A stretch of DNA of 62,900 nt, the filler included, from Octopus bimaculoides (taxonomy: Eukaryota), in NCBI RefSeq assembly GCF_001194135.2. It is 6 parts of 6 records of this genome, joined end to end, with 100 filler letters (N's around TTAATTAATTAA, not from the genome) between each part and the next. Parts side by side here need not be neighbours in the genome. Positions count along the whole stretch, not along the records: positions 5,935 to 32,727 come from NC_068982.1; 5 more parts are not named here. One strand, 5' to 3'. Below, piece by piece: positions 12,755-25,615 of this stretch. The notes beneath the pieces were generated by a model that had not been told where the DNA came from, searched no databases, and saw only the letters and a program-made list of their open reading frames with translations. The translations under genes were made by a program, and so were the position numbers. How positions within the stretch are numbered: position 1 is the first letter of the stretch; every line of letters starts with the position of its first letter.

Positions 12755-14488
12755 CACCATACACACATACAGTGTGCGCAGAAATATACACATACACTTA
12801 CAACACACACACACACGCGTACAAACACACACACACACGCACAATTGGTTTTAAACTTTGGCACAAGGCCAGCATTTCCGAGGGCAGGGTGAAGTCGATT
12901 GCATCGACTCTAGTGATGCATTGGTACTTATTTTACCAACCCTGAAAATATGAAAGGCAAAGTCAACTTCGGTGAGATTTGAATCCAGAACGTAAAGATA
13001 GACGAAATGCCGCTAAGCACTTCGCTCGGCGTGCTAACAATTCTGTTTGCTTGATACCTTAATATCACAGATGATATTGATATGACAGCAGTGTCACCAA
13101 AGCACTGTGTGTGTGTGTGTGTGTGTATGTGACGGCAAAGATTTATTGCAACGGCATGTTGTAAGATGTGAAAGATGAAAGACGAACAAAGAACAGTGAT
13201 CGAGGTTGTAAAGAAATATTTATTTACTGTTACTTTGTATATATCCAAAACCACGACGGATTGGTATGTATAACTAGTAAATGGAAAAGCATACGAGGTA
13301 AAAAGAGTTAATTTCGGCCGGTATGTGTGTACACATTCTCATAGTAGTATATATAGAGAGATATGGTAATGTTTCCGAGAAAAGAAAGTGAGTTAGTAAA
13401 AGTGAGATGGGTGGGACGAAACAACTGCTTCGTTAGTGAGTTACCATAGTTATCCTTTTGTACCTTTTCTTTCAGAGACGGCACAGCCAGACTCGGTTCT
13501 CACTAATTGACTTTGGCTTACGGAGGTCTTGTTTTTATAACTATCCAAAATCAGCCAGAGGGATAGATATGTTGTTGGAAACAATAGATTTCGTCTGTTA
13601 TCTCTATTCTAGCTTTTGGTGGCCTGGAAGAGGTTAGAAGGGCCAAGTGTAGAAGACATTATTCCGCTTAGCGAAGGCATCTAGCAAATGTAACTGTTAT
13701 CACTCACAGAAAAGCTATTGTTTTACCGTGAGAAAAGTGGTGTTGAACTGTTAAGTGAAATTTGGCGATCGAGGATCGAATCCACGCCATGCCTGCATGA
13801 ACCACTATATATATATATATATATATAATACACATTGTGTACAGGACATCACCAACGAGTGAAAAATACGTAAACACACGAGAGAAAAGTACAGGACAAA
13901 ATACCAAAAGAAGATAACTCCTCATCAGTTGTTGGACTTTTATTATTCCTATTTGTATAATTTATATTTGATACCTCTAAGTTAGATGGTTAAACCGTAA
14001 TCCCTTCACACGGGACTTTTTTTCATACGGGACTATTTTGTGATGCACATGGAATGGATTTCTTTTGAGATGGGATGCCTGAACTCGCTAGCCGATGAAT
14101 TCGTAAGTGCCTTTTCTTCNNNNNNNNNNNNNNNNNNNNNNNNNNNNNNNNNNNNNNNNNNNNNNNNNNNNNNNNNNNNNNNNNNNNNNNNNNNNNNNNN
14201 NNNNNNNNNNNNNNNNNNNNNNNNNNNNNNNNNNNNNNNNNNNNNNNNNNNNNNNNNNNNNNNNNNNNNNNNNNNNNNNNNNNNNNNNNNNNNNNNNNNN
14301 NNNNNNNNNNNNNNNNNNNNNNNNNNNNNNNNNNNNNNNNNNNNNNNNNNNNNNNNNNNNNNNNNNNNNNNNNNNNNNNNNNAATGATTTTACCGATAAA
14401 GGTTTTTTTCATACTGAACTACTTGGTAAAATTGTTAATTATTAATTCTATTACTAATTGACGATTCCCTGCCCTTTATTCTTGTATA

Positions 14489-14519
<31 letters not shown>

Positions 14520-16106
14520 CCAAATTCATTCACAAGGCATTGGTGGGACTGAGGCTATAGAAGACACCTGCTGTGATGTGGAACTGAACCCGAAACCATG
14601 TTGTTGCAAAGCGAGCTTCTTAACCTCAGAGCCAACCCTGCGCTGGCACCTATATATGTATTTTTAACTTTCGTCCTTTCTCAAAACTATTTAACCATTG
14701 TATCACATCGAAGACTTCGTCTTTAAGATTCAAGATAATACAAGGCATTGGTTTGTCATTCCTCCGAAGTAGCGAGTGTAAGAATTTGATTCCAGCTAAT
14801 GAAACATCTATTTATAAAAACTCAACATAAAATATTCTCTATAGCTTCTTCATGATCTGCTGGAGTAATTCTCTTTATGGTATATTCACATGCCATGCAG
14901 TTAAAAAGAAGAAATTCTTGAAATTAGTCATTACTCATTTTGCCCCAGTTTAGACATGATTCTTTGAAAACTGAAAATGATCAAATTAGACATTAATGCG
15001 GGAAAAATTGACTTGGAATCCAACAGAGAAAAGAATATTGGTTGTAAAACATCAAAAATTATCCAGATATTTTATTACCAATTTCAATTATTATACAATC
15101 GGGTCAAAGATGAGGAAAAATTTCTTGAAAAAAACTTATCTGTCACCTGACTGTTTCAAACTCTTATAACTTCAACAAAAACAACTATGCTGAACAATTT
15201 TTACTCCCAAAGATGATGCCACAATACAACATGATGATGCAATATTTGCAACATAATGGTTTCAAACAGGTAGGGAAGAAATAAGAAATCAGAAATTGCT
15301 CATTTTGCCCCAGTTACCAATTTTGTACCCCACTCCGTCAATCGAATATAAATTTGATAAATCATTTAAACTATCGAAATGGAATATTTTACTTATTTGT
15401 AACTTAAGAATAAACGATATTTTTGTTCCCACACGTACGAACGCTAATGCACATATCACCCACTCTCTCCTTTACACACACATACATACATACACAGATA
15501 ATTGTCGTGTGTGTGTGGGGGGGGGGGGCTTAAGTATGTGCATGTGTGCACGTACTAGTAATGTTCGTTTGAATCTCTTTCTCTCCTGCACAAATACTTT
15601 TACCACTCCCTTTCCCCAGCGAGACAGATTGTTTACACTACAGGATCTTATCGTAAGCACTTTAATATAACAGATAACAGATAGATCGTGGGATCTCGAA
15701 ACTTTACGAAAGATTTATAGAGTACAGTAAAAAGTTTTAATTTATGAAAATAGTAACAGAAAGTGATAATGTTGCGACCTGGATAAGATAAATAATACAA
15801 ATTGATTTAACAAAACTGAAGACTTTAGTTGAAACTGATCGAAATATTTCAAGGACTGGTTCAAGGTGATGATGTGACAGATAAAATTAATTGTTTATTT
15901 CTATTTATATACATGAGGTGAAATGTAATCTGCATGAAACAAATATGGTTTGACTTTAAAATGTATATATGTAAACAGCATGATAGACTCTAGCCATTTG
16001 TATTCGTTATCTGAACGATAAATATCAAGGGAAAGAGAGTGTTGACAAAATAAATTAGCTACTTCTCTATATAAGTTGCTGAGCGAATTTCACTTGAAAT
16101 ATGCAT

Positions 16107-16440
16107 TAGTGGTTCTCAGTCGGGGTTCATATGACCCCTAGGGATCTAATGTAAGATTTTTGATGACCATGCAAGCAAAATGGTAAATTGGGGATCCATG
16201 GTAGTATTTTAAGAGTCCATGAAAGCATTTTGCTCTAGGCGTATTTATTGCAAGAAACAGCACAATTTCTTTTTCTAACTTTTTACAAAGTTCAAACTAC
16301 GCATGAGATGTGTGATAAACAAAATAAGAATTTTGAAAAAAGTATTCATGAAAGTAGTTTTTAATCATCGAATGACTGTGGGTCCATCAGAATAAAATAG
16401 TAATCAAAGGGGTCCATAGCTAAAAAACGGTTGAGACTGC
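16107..16440 (+). mobile_element. hAT-type MITE (uninterrupted relative of 26009-26925)
   Basis: Ends tagtggttctcagtcgggg ... aaaacggttgagac; body collinear with the 26009-26925 element. Confidence 0.7.
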
Positions 16441-17043
16441 GACGCCGTCGATGATTCTAATGAAGATTTTTTTTTCCTTTCTACTACAGGCACAACGCCT
16501 GAACTTTCGACGAGCGGGAGGTGGGTGGCTAGTCGATTACATCGACCAAACACTCAACTGGTACTTATTTTCGACCACGAAAGGGATGGAATGCAAAGTT
16601 GACCGCCGCGGAATTTGAACTCAGAATGTAAATTCAAAAGAAATGCGGCAAAGCATTTTGTCTGGTGTGCTTACGGTTCCGCCAACTCGCTGCCTTGCTT
16701 GACCTAAAATTAGCTGCAATATCTCCTTCAAATTACTATCTAAAATAAAATACCGTTTGGATAATGGTATCCTTGACATATGGTTGAAAATGAGATGTGG
16801 TGGTCATGGATGAAGCATCGTTGATCACAAAACTGCTCGATCAGGTTTAACCTGGGGCTGAACAAATTGGTAATTATGATAAACGCACATGCAGCATTAT
16901 TAGAGAGGAAACAAAAAGCTCAATGTGCAGTAACGGTTAGCTCGTTTTTGATTGGCTCGATTCCAGTTAGTATGCTCAGAGTTATCTTTCTTGAAGTGTT
17001 GTTTTCAAAAGTACGAGAGAGAGAGATGATACTTATGATATTA

Positions 17044-17109
17044 GACGCTTTGGTGTAGTGGTTAGCTACAGTCAACAGTAAATGCGGTGTTCAACTCCCG
17101 CTGGCGTCA
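17044..17109 (+). pseudogene. tRNA-like sequence with shortened anticodon arm, followed by a T-run
   Basis: Acceptor gacgctt/tggcgtc + discriminator A, A-box tggtgtagtggttag, T-arm gcggtg-ttcaact-cccgc. Only ~13 nt lie between the D and T arms; ttttt at ~17117. Confidence 0.5.
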
Positions 17110-17269
17110 TTACAACTTTTCTTCCTCTTTTATATATATATGTATATNNNNNNNNNNNNNNNNNNNNNNNNNNNNNNNNNNNNNNNNNNNNNNNNNNNNN
17201 NNNNNNNNNNNNNNNNNNNNNNNNNNNNNNNNNNNNNNNNNNNNNNNNNNNNNNNNNNTATATATATAA

Positions 17270-17307
<38 letters not shown>

Positions 17308-18269
17308 GTGTGTGTGTAAAGGGAATGCGAGTAAGCCGAAAGTTCAGAGTCACTGTTAACCGTTTCCTAAGTGCGTAAGGTTTTAGGAGTTATTGTTTGC
17401 TGTTGTCCGGTGTTGTAAATGAGTCTCTCCTGAATTTGCAGAAGAATGTAAACCACATTGGGGTATCTATTTACTCACGAACGGACTGTGCTTGTTATAA
17501 GAAAACAGTCTTGACAATGTACACAGCACAGTGTTTCTTCGTTTAATTGACTTCTGCCCTATCAAATCGGTTAACTACATTTCTGTGAGCTCAATACTTT
17601 TTAACATATCTCTTCATATAAATTGTTGACTTTTAGGTATCAAAGTATTAACGTTTATTAATACTTCATCACACTACGGTCGTTAACCACTGAGAATAGA
17701 TTTCTTAACCTTGACCTAACCGTTTACTTATATACAATTTACTGATCATTGATAGGGAAGCAGAGGTTAATGGCCGTTACAGAAATTACCATATCCCAAA
17801 ATAACTATTTTGTGCTGCTCGATTGGCGCAACCATCTGCTCCAAACATGAATTAAAAGATAGATGATAGCATAACATGATTCATTTTGGATTGCATGTCA
17901 TCTTCACTGATAATTAATAAATATCGATATATTTAAAATACTACTTGACTTTCAATGATACTTCAACAAGATCTCGCAGTCACAAACATGTGATCATCGT
18001 ATGCAAATATTCGATAATAATAGCTGCATTATCTGTTGCGTTGAAGGCGGCGAGTTGGCAGAATCATTAGTTACACCGGACAAAATGCTTAACGGTATTT
18101 CTTGCGGCTCTATACGTTCTGAGTTCAAATCCTGCCTAAAATATTTTCACCTTTTCTCTTTTCGAGCTCGATAAAAAAGGATACAAATCGAAAACGGTGG
18201 AATAGAGGCACCGCAATAATCTCGGACTGGGTGCTTTTTACTATCTACCCCGGTCTTTTGAGTTCTAAG

Positions 18270-18465
18270 TTCAAATCTCGTCATGGCTTAGTTGGGTGGT
18301 AGACTTAATCCTTCGCCCAGTTTAACGCAACTCCTGACCTCATGGGTACCTTTAGCGAGTATACTCTGTTGCAAGCATTCAGGCCATGTCTTTGATTGAA
18401 GGTACCACCTCCCCCTCCCTGCAATCTGAAAGGCCCTGCAATGGGTTTTCCCTCCGGACTAAAAT
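18270..18465 (-). mobile_element. Probable RTE LINE 5' UTR fragment ending at the ORF start
   Basis: Minus strand reads agtccggagggaaaacccattgcagggcc...ggtacccatgag...accacccaactaagccATGACGAGA; family assignment from recalled pattern only. Confidence 0.35.
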
Positions 18466-19445
18466 ATAAAATTAAAAAGAAAAGGTGCGGACTTAATAAA
18501 TGAAATTATATTAGATCTTGCCACATCATAAGTCATGTTTCTAGTCACTGATAACAAAACGTACCACTTATATTTTAATCTTGACAAATATATTTTTGAA
18601 AACATGTTTGAGATACAAGCATTGTACGTGGTTTATATCACAGTCGCTCGGAGCCCCGATAGAGTGCTCTTGATATATGCCGTTCTTTTATAACCTTACA
18701 ACACCCCTCCCCAACAGATTGCTATCACCCGGACTAATGAGTTCTGATCTAGAATTTGAGTCCAAGTGGCGCCGGACACACTTTTGTGCTTTACCTCTTC
18801 AGGTTCTATAAATACAGAACCCCTTCCCTCCATATTTTACTTGGCTATTAGTGTGGTGTTAGTAAAGTGAAGCGGGTGGTAATCACGTCTTCATGTAGTT
18901 AATATTTTACCGTTTTCTTTTCAGTTAGCATTATGCTTTGAACCACTGCATATTGCCTGTTTGTTTTTGAAACGTTTTGCTGCACTCTGTATAATATCCT
19001 TATACTAAAATACAGCATTAGTATAATATCCTTATATTAAAATACAGCATTAGATTGAAATAACGACGTGTATAACATTTGCAGTATACATATACAAATA
19101 TATTGTAGAATAGCGCTAGCTGTAATATTTTGACTTAGAGAAACTTCTCAAAGAGATCTGTACATTAAAAATCCAGAGCGCGCTCATAATGTCGTCGGAA
19201 GAGCGTCAGATACAGTGCTTCAACTTTACTCGCTATCTCCAACTATGAACCCCACGAGTCTATGTTTGCATATACGTTATAGATGTTATACACATCATTA
19301 CTATAATCTCATACTGCTTCTAGTGTGTATGTTAATTTAATTCTTACATGGCCAGTTTTATCACAAATCGGTGAATGTTTTGTTTACTGATTTCTTTATG
19401 AGAACAAATATTTTTCGGTTTAGTTCATAATGTCTGATGGTGTTC

Positions 19446-19487
19446 GTCACTGAGGAAAGCAAACGTGCTTGAAACGCCGTGTCGGAC
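19446..19487 (+). ncRNA. Degenerate type I hammerhead ribozyme motif
   Basis: gtca-CTGAGGA-aagca(aacg)tgctt-GAA-ac(gccgt)gt-C-ggac: core and 5-bp stem II intact, stem I starts with a mismatch. Confidence 0.45.
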
Positions 19488-19804
19488 AATCCGCTTACAA
19501 CATTCTGAACGAGCTCTGAGCTTTTTTTAACTCTCAAGTTTCTTAGGAAAGTTTCTCAGTGACGAAATATCACAGTTAGCGCCATTCTGTGCTTGTGTAT
19601 ATGTTGTGGATGTTATGCACTTCGTTGTTTAATACAATATCCAGTATCCTGGACCAGTTCCATTTTAAAAGGGATTAGTGTTGTCTGTAAAATATCATGC
19701 GATCTTTTTGAAAAATCTTTCGTAGTCTACGGTATTTTTCGTCACAAAATAAGAAATAGCTGTTAATTTGTCAAGGAGCAGGATAAAAATAACGAAATCC
19801 CGGC

Positions 19805-19905
19805 TAGAGAAAAGGAAGTGTTTAAACCGGAAATTTCTTTTGTATGAGAGAGGATAAGTAAAAATAATGTTAGCACAAGGAAATGAGTTTGTGGGGGAGT
19901 AAGTA
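19805..19905 (+). promoter_or_regulatory. Candidate TATA-less promoter / first exon
   Basis: ETS-like GGAAGTG (19814-19820) and CCGGAAAT (19827-19834), then a consensus donor GA|GTAAGT at 19899, in repeat-free sequence. Confidence 0.3.
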
Positions 19906-20400
19906 AAAATATCCATTTTCGGAGTTGTTTTAAGTGGTCGTTTACACACATACGTGTCCGGTTGTCGTTGCTGTTGCGTATGTTTTGTAGTTGTCCATTA
20001 TTTAAAATGAATTTTTTTTTTTGTTAGCGATTAGTTCCTGGATAGGTTTACCGTTAGATTCATGGACATCCTTCAAATGACGCTGATTATAATGAAGGGC
20101 TTCTGATTCAGTTGCTGCCGGATATGAAACCCCTCTCTGGATTTCACGCTTTGTTGAAGCTACTGCTGTTATTGATGATGATAATGTGAATATATACACA
20201 CACACACACACACACATACATTAATAGATAAATGATAGAAAATGGAAAGAACGACATTATTTAAAATGACTACAATTGTTTCGATACATTTTTACACCTG
20301 TGGTACATTGGTGAGTTTATCGATAATCATTATCAAACATATAAGGCGTAAAATGCACCTCCTCTGGTTGTTTAAACAAGTCCTTCGGTAGATGTTCTCC

Positions 20401-21220
20401 TCATTTTTCTCAGTGTGAGAATGCATACTCTAAGTGATGTGTCCTTTTCAGGAGTTTACAGACAAAATTTTTTGTCTGTAAACTTTCATCAATGTACTAC
20501 GGGTGTAGAGATGCGTAGAAACGATTGCAGTGATTTTAAATAAAGAATGTCGTTCATTCCATCTTTTATTATTTATCCATTCATATAAACTCTACGGATA
20601 ATATGGATATANNNNNNNNNNNNNNNNNNNNNNNNNNNNNNNNNNNNNNNNNNNNNNNNNNNNNNNNNNNNNNNNNNNNNNNNNNNNNNNNNNNNNNNNN
20701 NNNNNNNNNNNNNNNNNNNNNNNNNNNNNNNNNNNNNNNNNNNNNNNNNNNNNNNNNNNNNNNNNNNNNNNNNNNNNNNNNNNNNNNNNNNNNNNNNNNN
20801 NNNNNNNNNNNNNNNNNNNNNNNNNNNNNNNNNNNNNNNNNNNNNNNNNNNNNNNNNNNNNNNNNNNNNNNNNNNNNNNNNNNNNNNNNNNNNNNNNNNN
20901 NNNNNNNNNNNNNNNNNNNNNNNNNNNNNNNNNNNNNNNNNNNNNNNNNNNNNNNNNNNNNNNNNNNNNNNNNNNNNNNNNNNTATATCAAAAGTTATAC
21001 AGAGAAGGGAAAAATAGATAAAAACTGGGCGGAAACATATCGGATAGAAAAGGTAGACAAAACACGATACAAGGAACATTCGCAGTTGACTTTCTCTTCA
21101 GTTGGTATCCGAGACCTCATAGTCTTGGATACCAACTGTTTACAGACCAAAAATTTTGTCTGTAAATTCCTGAAAATGACACATCACTTTGAGTATGCAT
21201 TCTCACACTGAGTGAAATGA
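20401..21220. repeat. ~83-bp inverted-repeat pair (20401-20483 / 21138-21220) with internal palindromes
   Basis: Arms align with ~6 mismatches; each contains gtttacagac-aaaattttt(t)-gtctgtaaac/t. Confidence 0.85.
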
Positions 21221-22227
21221 CGAGAAGAAATCAAGACCATTGTTATCTAACGGGAGCGCCAGAGCATAGAGCTACAGGAAAAAGCTGACGAATGTGTGTG
21301 AGGACAGGACAAAATAAAATTGCGTGTACAATAAGAAATAATGACAAGATATAACAGACAAAGAAGTGTACACACACAATAGGAAATGCCTTACGGCTGT
21401 ACAATAGGCAAGAGAATGATTATACGTATACAGTACAATACAATACAAAAAAAAAAAAAAGCCTTTTCGGCTATCAAGACAGACGTAGTGAGGTAGCGCA
21501 AAGAAATGGAAAAAGTCCTCGACGGACGGAACACAGACATGTCTAGCTGGGTCAGCAGCAGGCTGAAAGTAAATGACGCCCTTTGACTGGACACTGGTCA
21601 CGTGCTAGGAGAGAGGAAGAGTGGGAGAGGGAGTAAGGGATGAGAGAGGGAAAGAGAGAGGCAGAAAAGTAAGACCATTTGATTGGCCATGCTGGGCATC
21701 GTCTTCAAGAATTTTAAGTCGAATGAATCGACCTTACTCCATATATTTTTTACAGGCTGGTACTTATTCTATTAGTAACTTTTGCTGAGCCGCTAAGTTA
21801 CGGGGAAGTAAACAAACCAACACCGGTTGTCAAGCAGTGGTGCGGGACAGACAGACAGACACACATACACACACAGGGGCTTCTTTCAGTTTCCATCTAC
21901 CAAATCTACTCATAGGGCTTTGGTCGGCTGGAGGCTATAGTAAAAAACACTTGCCTATGATGCTACACAGTGGGACTGAACCCGAAACTATGTGGTTCAG
22001 AAGCAAGCTTCTTATTACACAGCCACGACTGGAAATTCTGAAAGCCTTTGTCCGTCAAAGTATCCATAGAAACTAGAGAAAGAAAGAATACAGAGATTTG
22101 GTGTGCCAGATATTGACTTTACTTGAATGAGATAAACTGTTCTGATAGGTGACAGACCTGGTGTCATGCAGTGAGACTGAACTGTGTGGTTGGGAAGCAA
22201 GCTTCTTACCACATAGCCACGCCTACT

Positions 22228-22298
<71 letters not shown>

Positions 22299-22499
22299 AT
22301 GGCATTTTGTCAGAATTTTCTGTCTAATCTCGATATGGGACGAAGTGTATTTGATGCCTTGGTTAATAAACTTTATTCATCAATTATCAAGTCATGTGCA
22401 TATTTATATTTTGTACACAAGCTTCATCTATGGCAGACGAAGCTTGTGCAGAAAATAGAGACTAACCAATTGCTTTCACCACGAGCGCTTCAATGATTC

Positions 22500-22780
22500 T
22501 ATCCACCAAGGAAGGAGGTTATGTTTTCATCGGCGTTGGTTTGTCCGTCTGTGTTCAAAATAACTCAAATAGTTGTGAACGGTATTTGATGAAACTTGCA
22601 GGAAAAGTTGGTAATGATACAAGGAATAGATGATTAAATTTTGGTAGTGATCCGGGAATTTTTATGGATTCTTGAAGGATTTTTCATTTGTTATATTTAC
22701 TTTACATGAAGTATTACAATGTTACTTTCTTTGATTATCTCCCTTGAAAACTCGTTCATCGTTTCCACGATGGGGGTCGA
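22500..22780 (+). mobile_element. Non-autonomous Helitron/Helentron-like interspersed element (tentative)
   Basis: Starts ccaccaaggaaggaggttatgttttcatcggcgttggtttgtccgtctgt..ataactcaa, like the widespread cctccgccaaggaggttatgttttc family. Confidence 0.4.
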
Positions 22781-22914
22781 TGCAATTGATTTGTCTACAC
22801 TTATAATTCCTAGCTTTGTGCTAAAATTTGGAACCCTTATTTTCTGAATATTTGGTTCCTTCGACCCAACAGAAAATTGAGAATGTGAAAACTAGCGGGA
22901 GAGAAGGGATGCAG

Positions 22915-23070
22915 CAGCAATCAGCTGATATTCATTCTTAGCTGACATAGATTGGAGCAACGTGAAATAAAATGCTTTGCTCAAGGACACAAAGCATTAT
23001 TTGGTTCAGGAATTGAACCTAGGACCTCATGCTTGTGACCCCAACACCCTAACCACTACTCCACACGCCA
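22915..23070 (-). mobile_element. SINE family D copy
   Basis: Reverse complement of gtggttagggtgttgg..ggttcaattcct..gcaaagca..ttcacgttgctcc; same family at ~30505-30625, 48081-48650 and 50665-50895. Confidence 0.75.
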
Positions 23071-23964
23071 CTGCACATATAAGCACTACACCGATACTTT
23101 GTCAAAGTATCGGTCGTTCTCTGACAGGTTTATAGACGTGTCTATGGCAGTGTAGACCTCCGGCATTCTCGCCCCCCCGGATCATATCTCTACACACCGC
23201 TATCGGGGCGGAGGTGGCTATGCGCAGGTGCGAGTCCCATGAAACAAAGTAGCTGTTCCAGCGCATCACTCGGGGCAACACCTTTTCTATTTTGTTTGCT
23301 GGGACCATGAGGCTGAGTTACAGGAAATAGTGAGTGTAAGAATTTCGTAGCTTACTACACGGACAATAAACCTGTGGAAAGATGAAGTATAGTTATACAC
23401 ACGTAAACATCATTTTGCGATCGAAAAGAACCGATAAACCTAGTTATGGGAATTAAACTGGTTCTTCGGTCTGAGGTTAGGTCAATATTTTAGTGCACGG
23501 TTTCCTATTACAAATAGCAACATGTGAGTCCAGCGCTTTCCTCTCCTACTTCATTCACACCACTCCCACAAAAAGGTCACAAACTCCACTCTTCCTTTTA
23601 TGACTAAGGTATAACGAATCTAAGTCTAATCAACCACATGTCCAGTTTATATCACATCATAATGTGTGAGGAAACATTAACGAAAGGAGTCTAACTTTGC
23701 GCAGTGTGAGTAATCTAATTTGCATAATTTATTCAAGTTTGACAACTGTTAAATGTTATTCTCTCTATAACAAACACCACATGAAAACTGATAATTCAGT
23801 CGACTAAAGAATATTTATATTTCTTACTGAGCTGCAGACTATCAAGTATTTCTCTGCAGAACAACGGAGTTAAGCGGAAATTGACCCTAAAACCAATTTT
23901 CCGTTAATCATGACATTGTGGTAAGAACTTGGAGATACACTCCCAATTCACATCAACACTATGT

Positions 23965-24030
<66 letters not shown>

Positions 24031-25017
24031 TTGTGTCTGTGTTTGTCCCCTACCACTGCTTGACAACCGGTGTTGGTATGTTTACCTCTCTGTAACTTAG
24101 CGCTTCGGCATAAAGACTGATACATTAAGTACCAAGCTTTAAAAATATTAGAAATAAGTACTAGGGTCGATTTATTTGACTAAACCTTTCCAGACGGTGC
24201 CCCAGTATGGCCGCAGTCAAATGACTGAAGCAAATAAAAGATAGATATGGCAAACTTAGTTTTTATGCTGTGTTTTGTTGTTAAGACAGGTTTATCGCTA
24301 ATGTTTATCTTTTTCTTGTTTTAGTCATTGGACAGCGGCCATGCTGGAGCAGTGTTTTAAAAGTTTAATCGAACAAATCGGCCCTAGTAATTATTTTTTT
24401 AAGTGTGGTACTTATTCTATCGTTTTCTTTTGCCGAACCGCTAAGTTACGGGGGACGAATACTGCCAATCCGATGCTCTACTGATTCTGAAAATCGACAT
24501 GGTGATTGGCATATTTAAGTCAATGTCACATGTATAAGGATGTTTTTCCCAATAAACACCTACGGGAAGATAGGCAGAAGTGTAGTTAGGGAGAGTGAGG
24601 GGTGTCACCAAATTTATGAAGGTGACACTTTTTGGTTTGCTGTATAAACTTATATAGGCTTGGGGGTCCAGGGAATAGGAAACCTAAGGACTGTCCCAGG
24701 CGGCTTACATTCCCGCTACGTCACAAAGTGGGTGGGGTAGAGGGAATTATATCTGGAATTTAAAGACGTCATTGAAGAAATAAAATATAAGCCTCTGTCA
24801 CATGTATTAGGAAGTTAGTCCCAGCAATTACCTGCGAACAGAGAGAAAGGGGTAGAAAGTGGGAGATATAATTTTCTGGGACTCAACTATGGTCGTCCTT
24901 GAAACAATAAAATATGACGGAATCCCCATTTATTGAGTTTATGGCAATGAACGACAGTAGACGGTAAGGAATGTCACGAAGGAGTATCAGAGAAAGAGAG
25001 AGAGAGAGGGAGAGAGA

Positions 25018-25053
<36 letters not shown>

Positions 25054-25264
25054 GAAGAAGAGAAGATTACGGAATGACCGATCCTACGGTGATAAGGAAA
25101 AGGTGGGGGAGTGTATGATAACTGCATATGATGATGGTTGGGTGCGGTGTTTTATATGGATTGGATTAATTCTGTCACCTGAGTAGACACGCATACAACC
25201 ATACAATAACGTCAGACACGAGCTATGAAGATTAAATGTGACGGAGATGAGAGAAAACGAGGAA

Positions 25265-25305
<41 letters not shown>

Positions 25306-25557
25306 NNNNNNNNNNNNNNNNNNNNNNNNNNNNNNNNNNNNNNNNNNNNNNNNNNNNNNNNNNNNNNNNNNNNNNNNNNNNNNNNNNNNNNNNNNNNNNN
25401 NNNNNNNNNNNNNNNNNNNNNNNNNNNNNNNNNNNNNNNNNNNNNNNNNNNNNNNNNNNNNNNNNNNNNNNNNNNNNNNNNNNNNNNNNNNNNNNNNNNN
25501 NNNNNNNNNNNNNNNNNNNNNNNNNNNNNNNNNNNNNNNNNNNNNNNNNNNNNNNNN

Positions 25558-25615
<58 letters not shown>

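Noticed and set aside
13476-13635. Strong acceptor then an open frame containing LIDFGL (kinase DFG-like)
   Set aside because: No other kinase subdomain residues in context; a six-residue match is insufficient.
13900-13930. CTGATGA-ggag(ttat)cttc on the minus strand
   Set aside because: No GAAA follows stem II, so it is not a complete hammerhead.
20002-20217. Minus-strand ORF STKREIQRGVSYPAATESEALHYNQRH..
   Set aside because: No recognisable family, starts in a microsatellite, and splice signals are unconvincing.
23227-23305. Possible HDV-like ribozyme (gtccca/tgggac, gggcaaca)
   Set aside because: P3/L3 geometry does not fit, there is an extra segment between P2 and P3, and no J4/2 catalytic C strand.
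23128-23310. Frame VYRRVYGSVDLRH.. as the missing LYSMD N-terminal exon
   Set aside because: YGS is present but the required H...DTL.GIALKY LysM motif is not.
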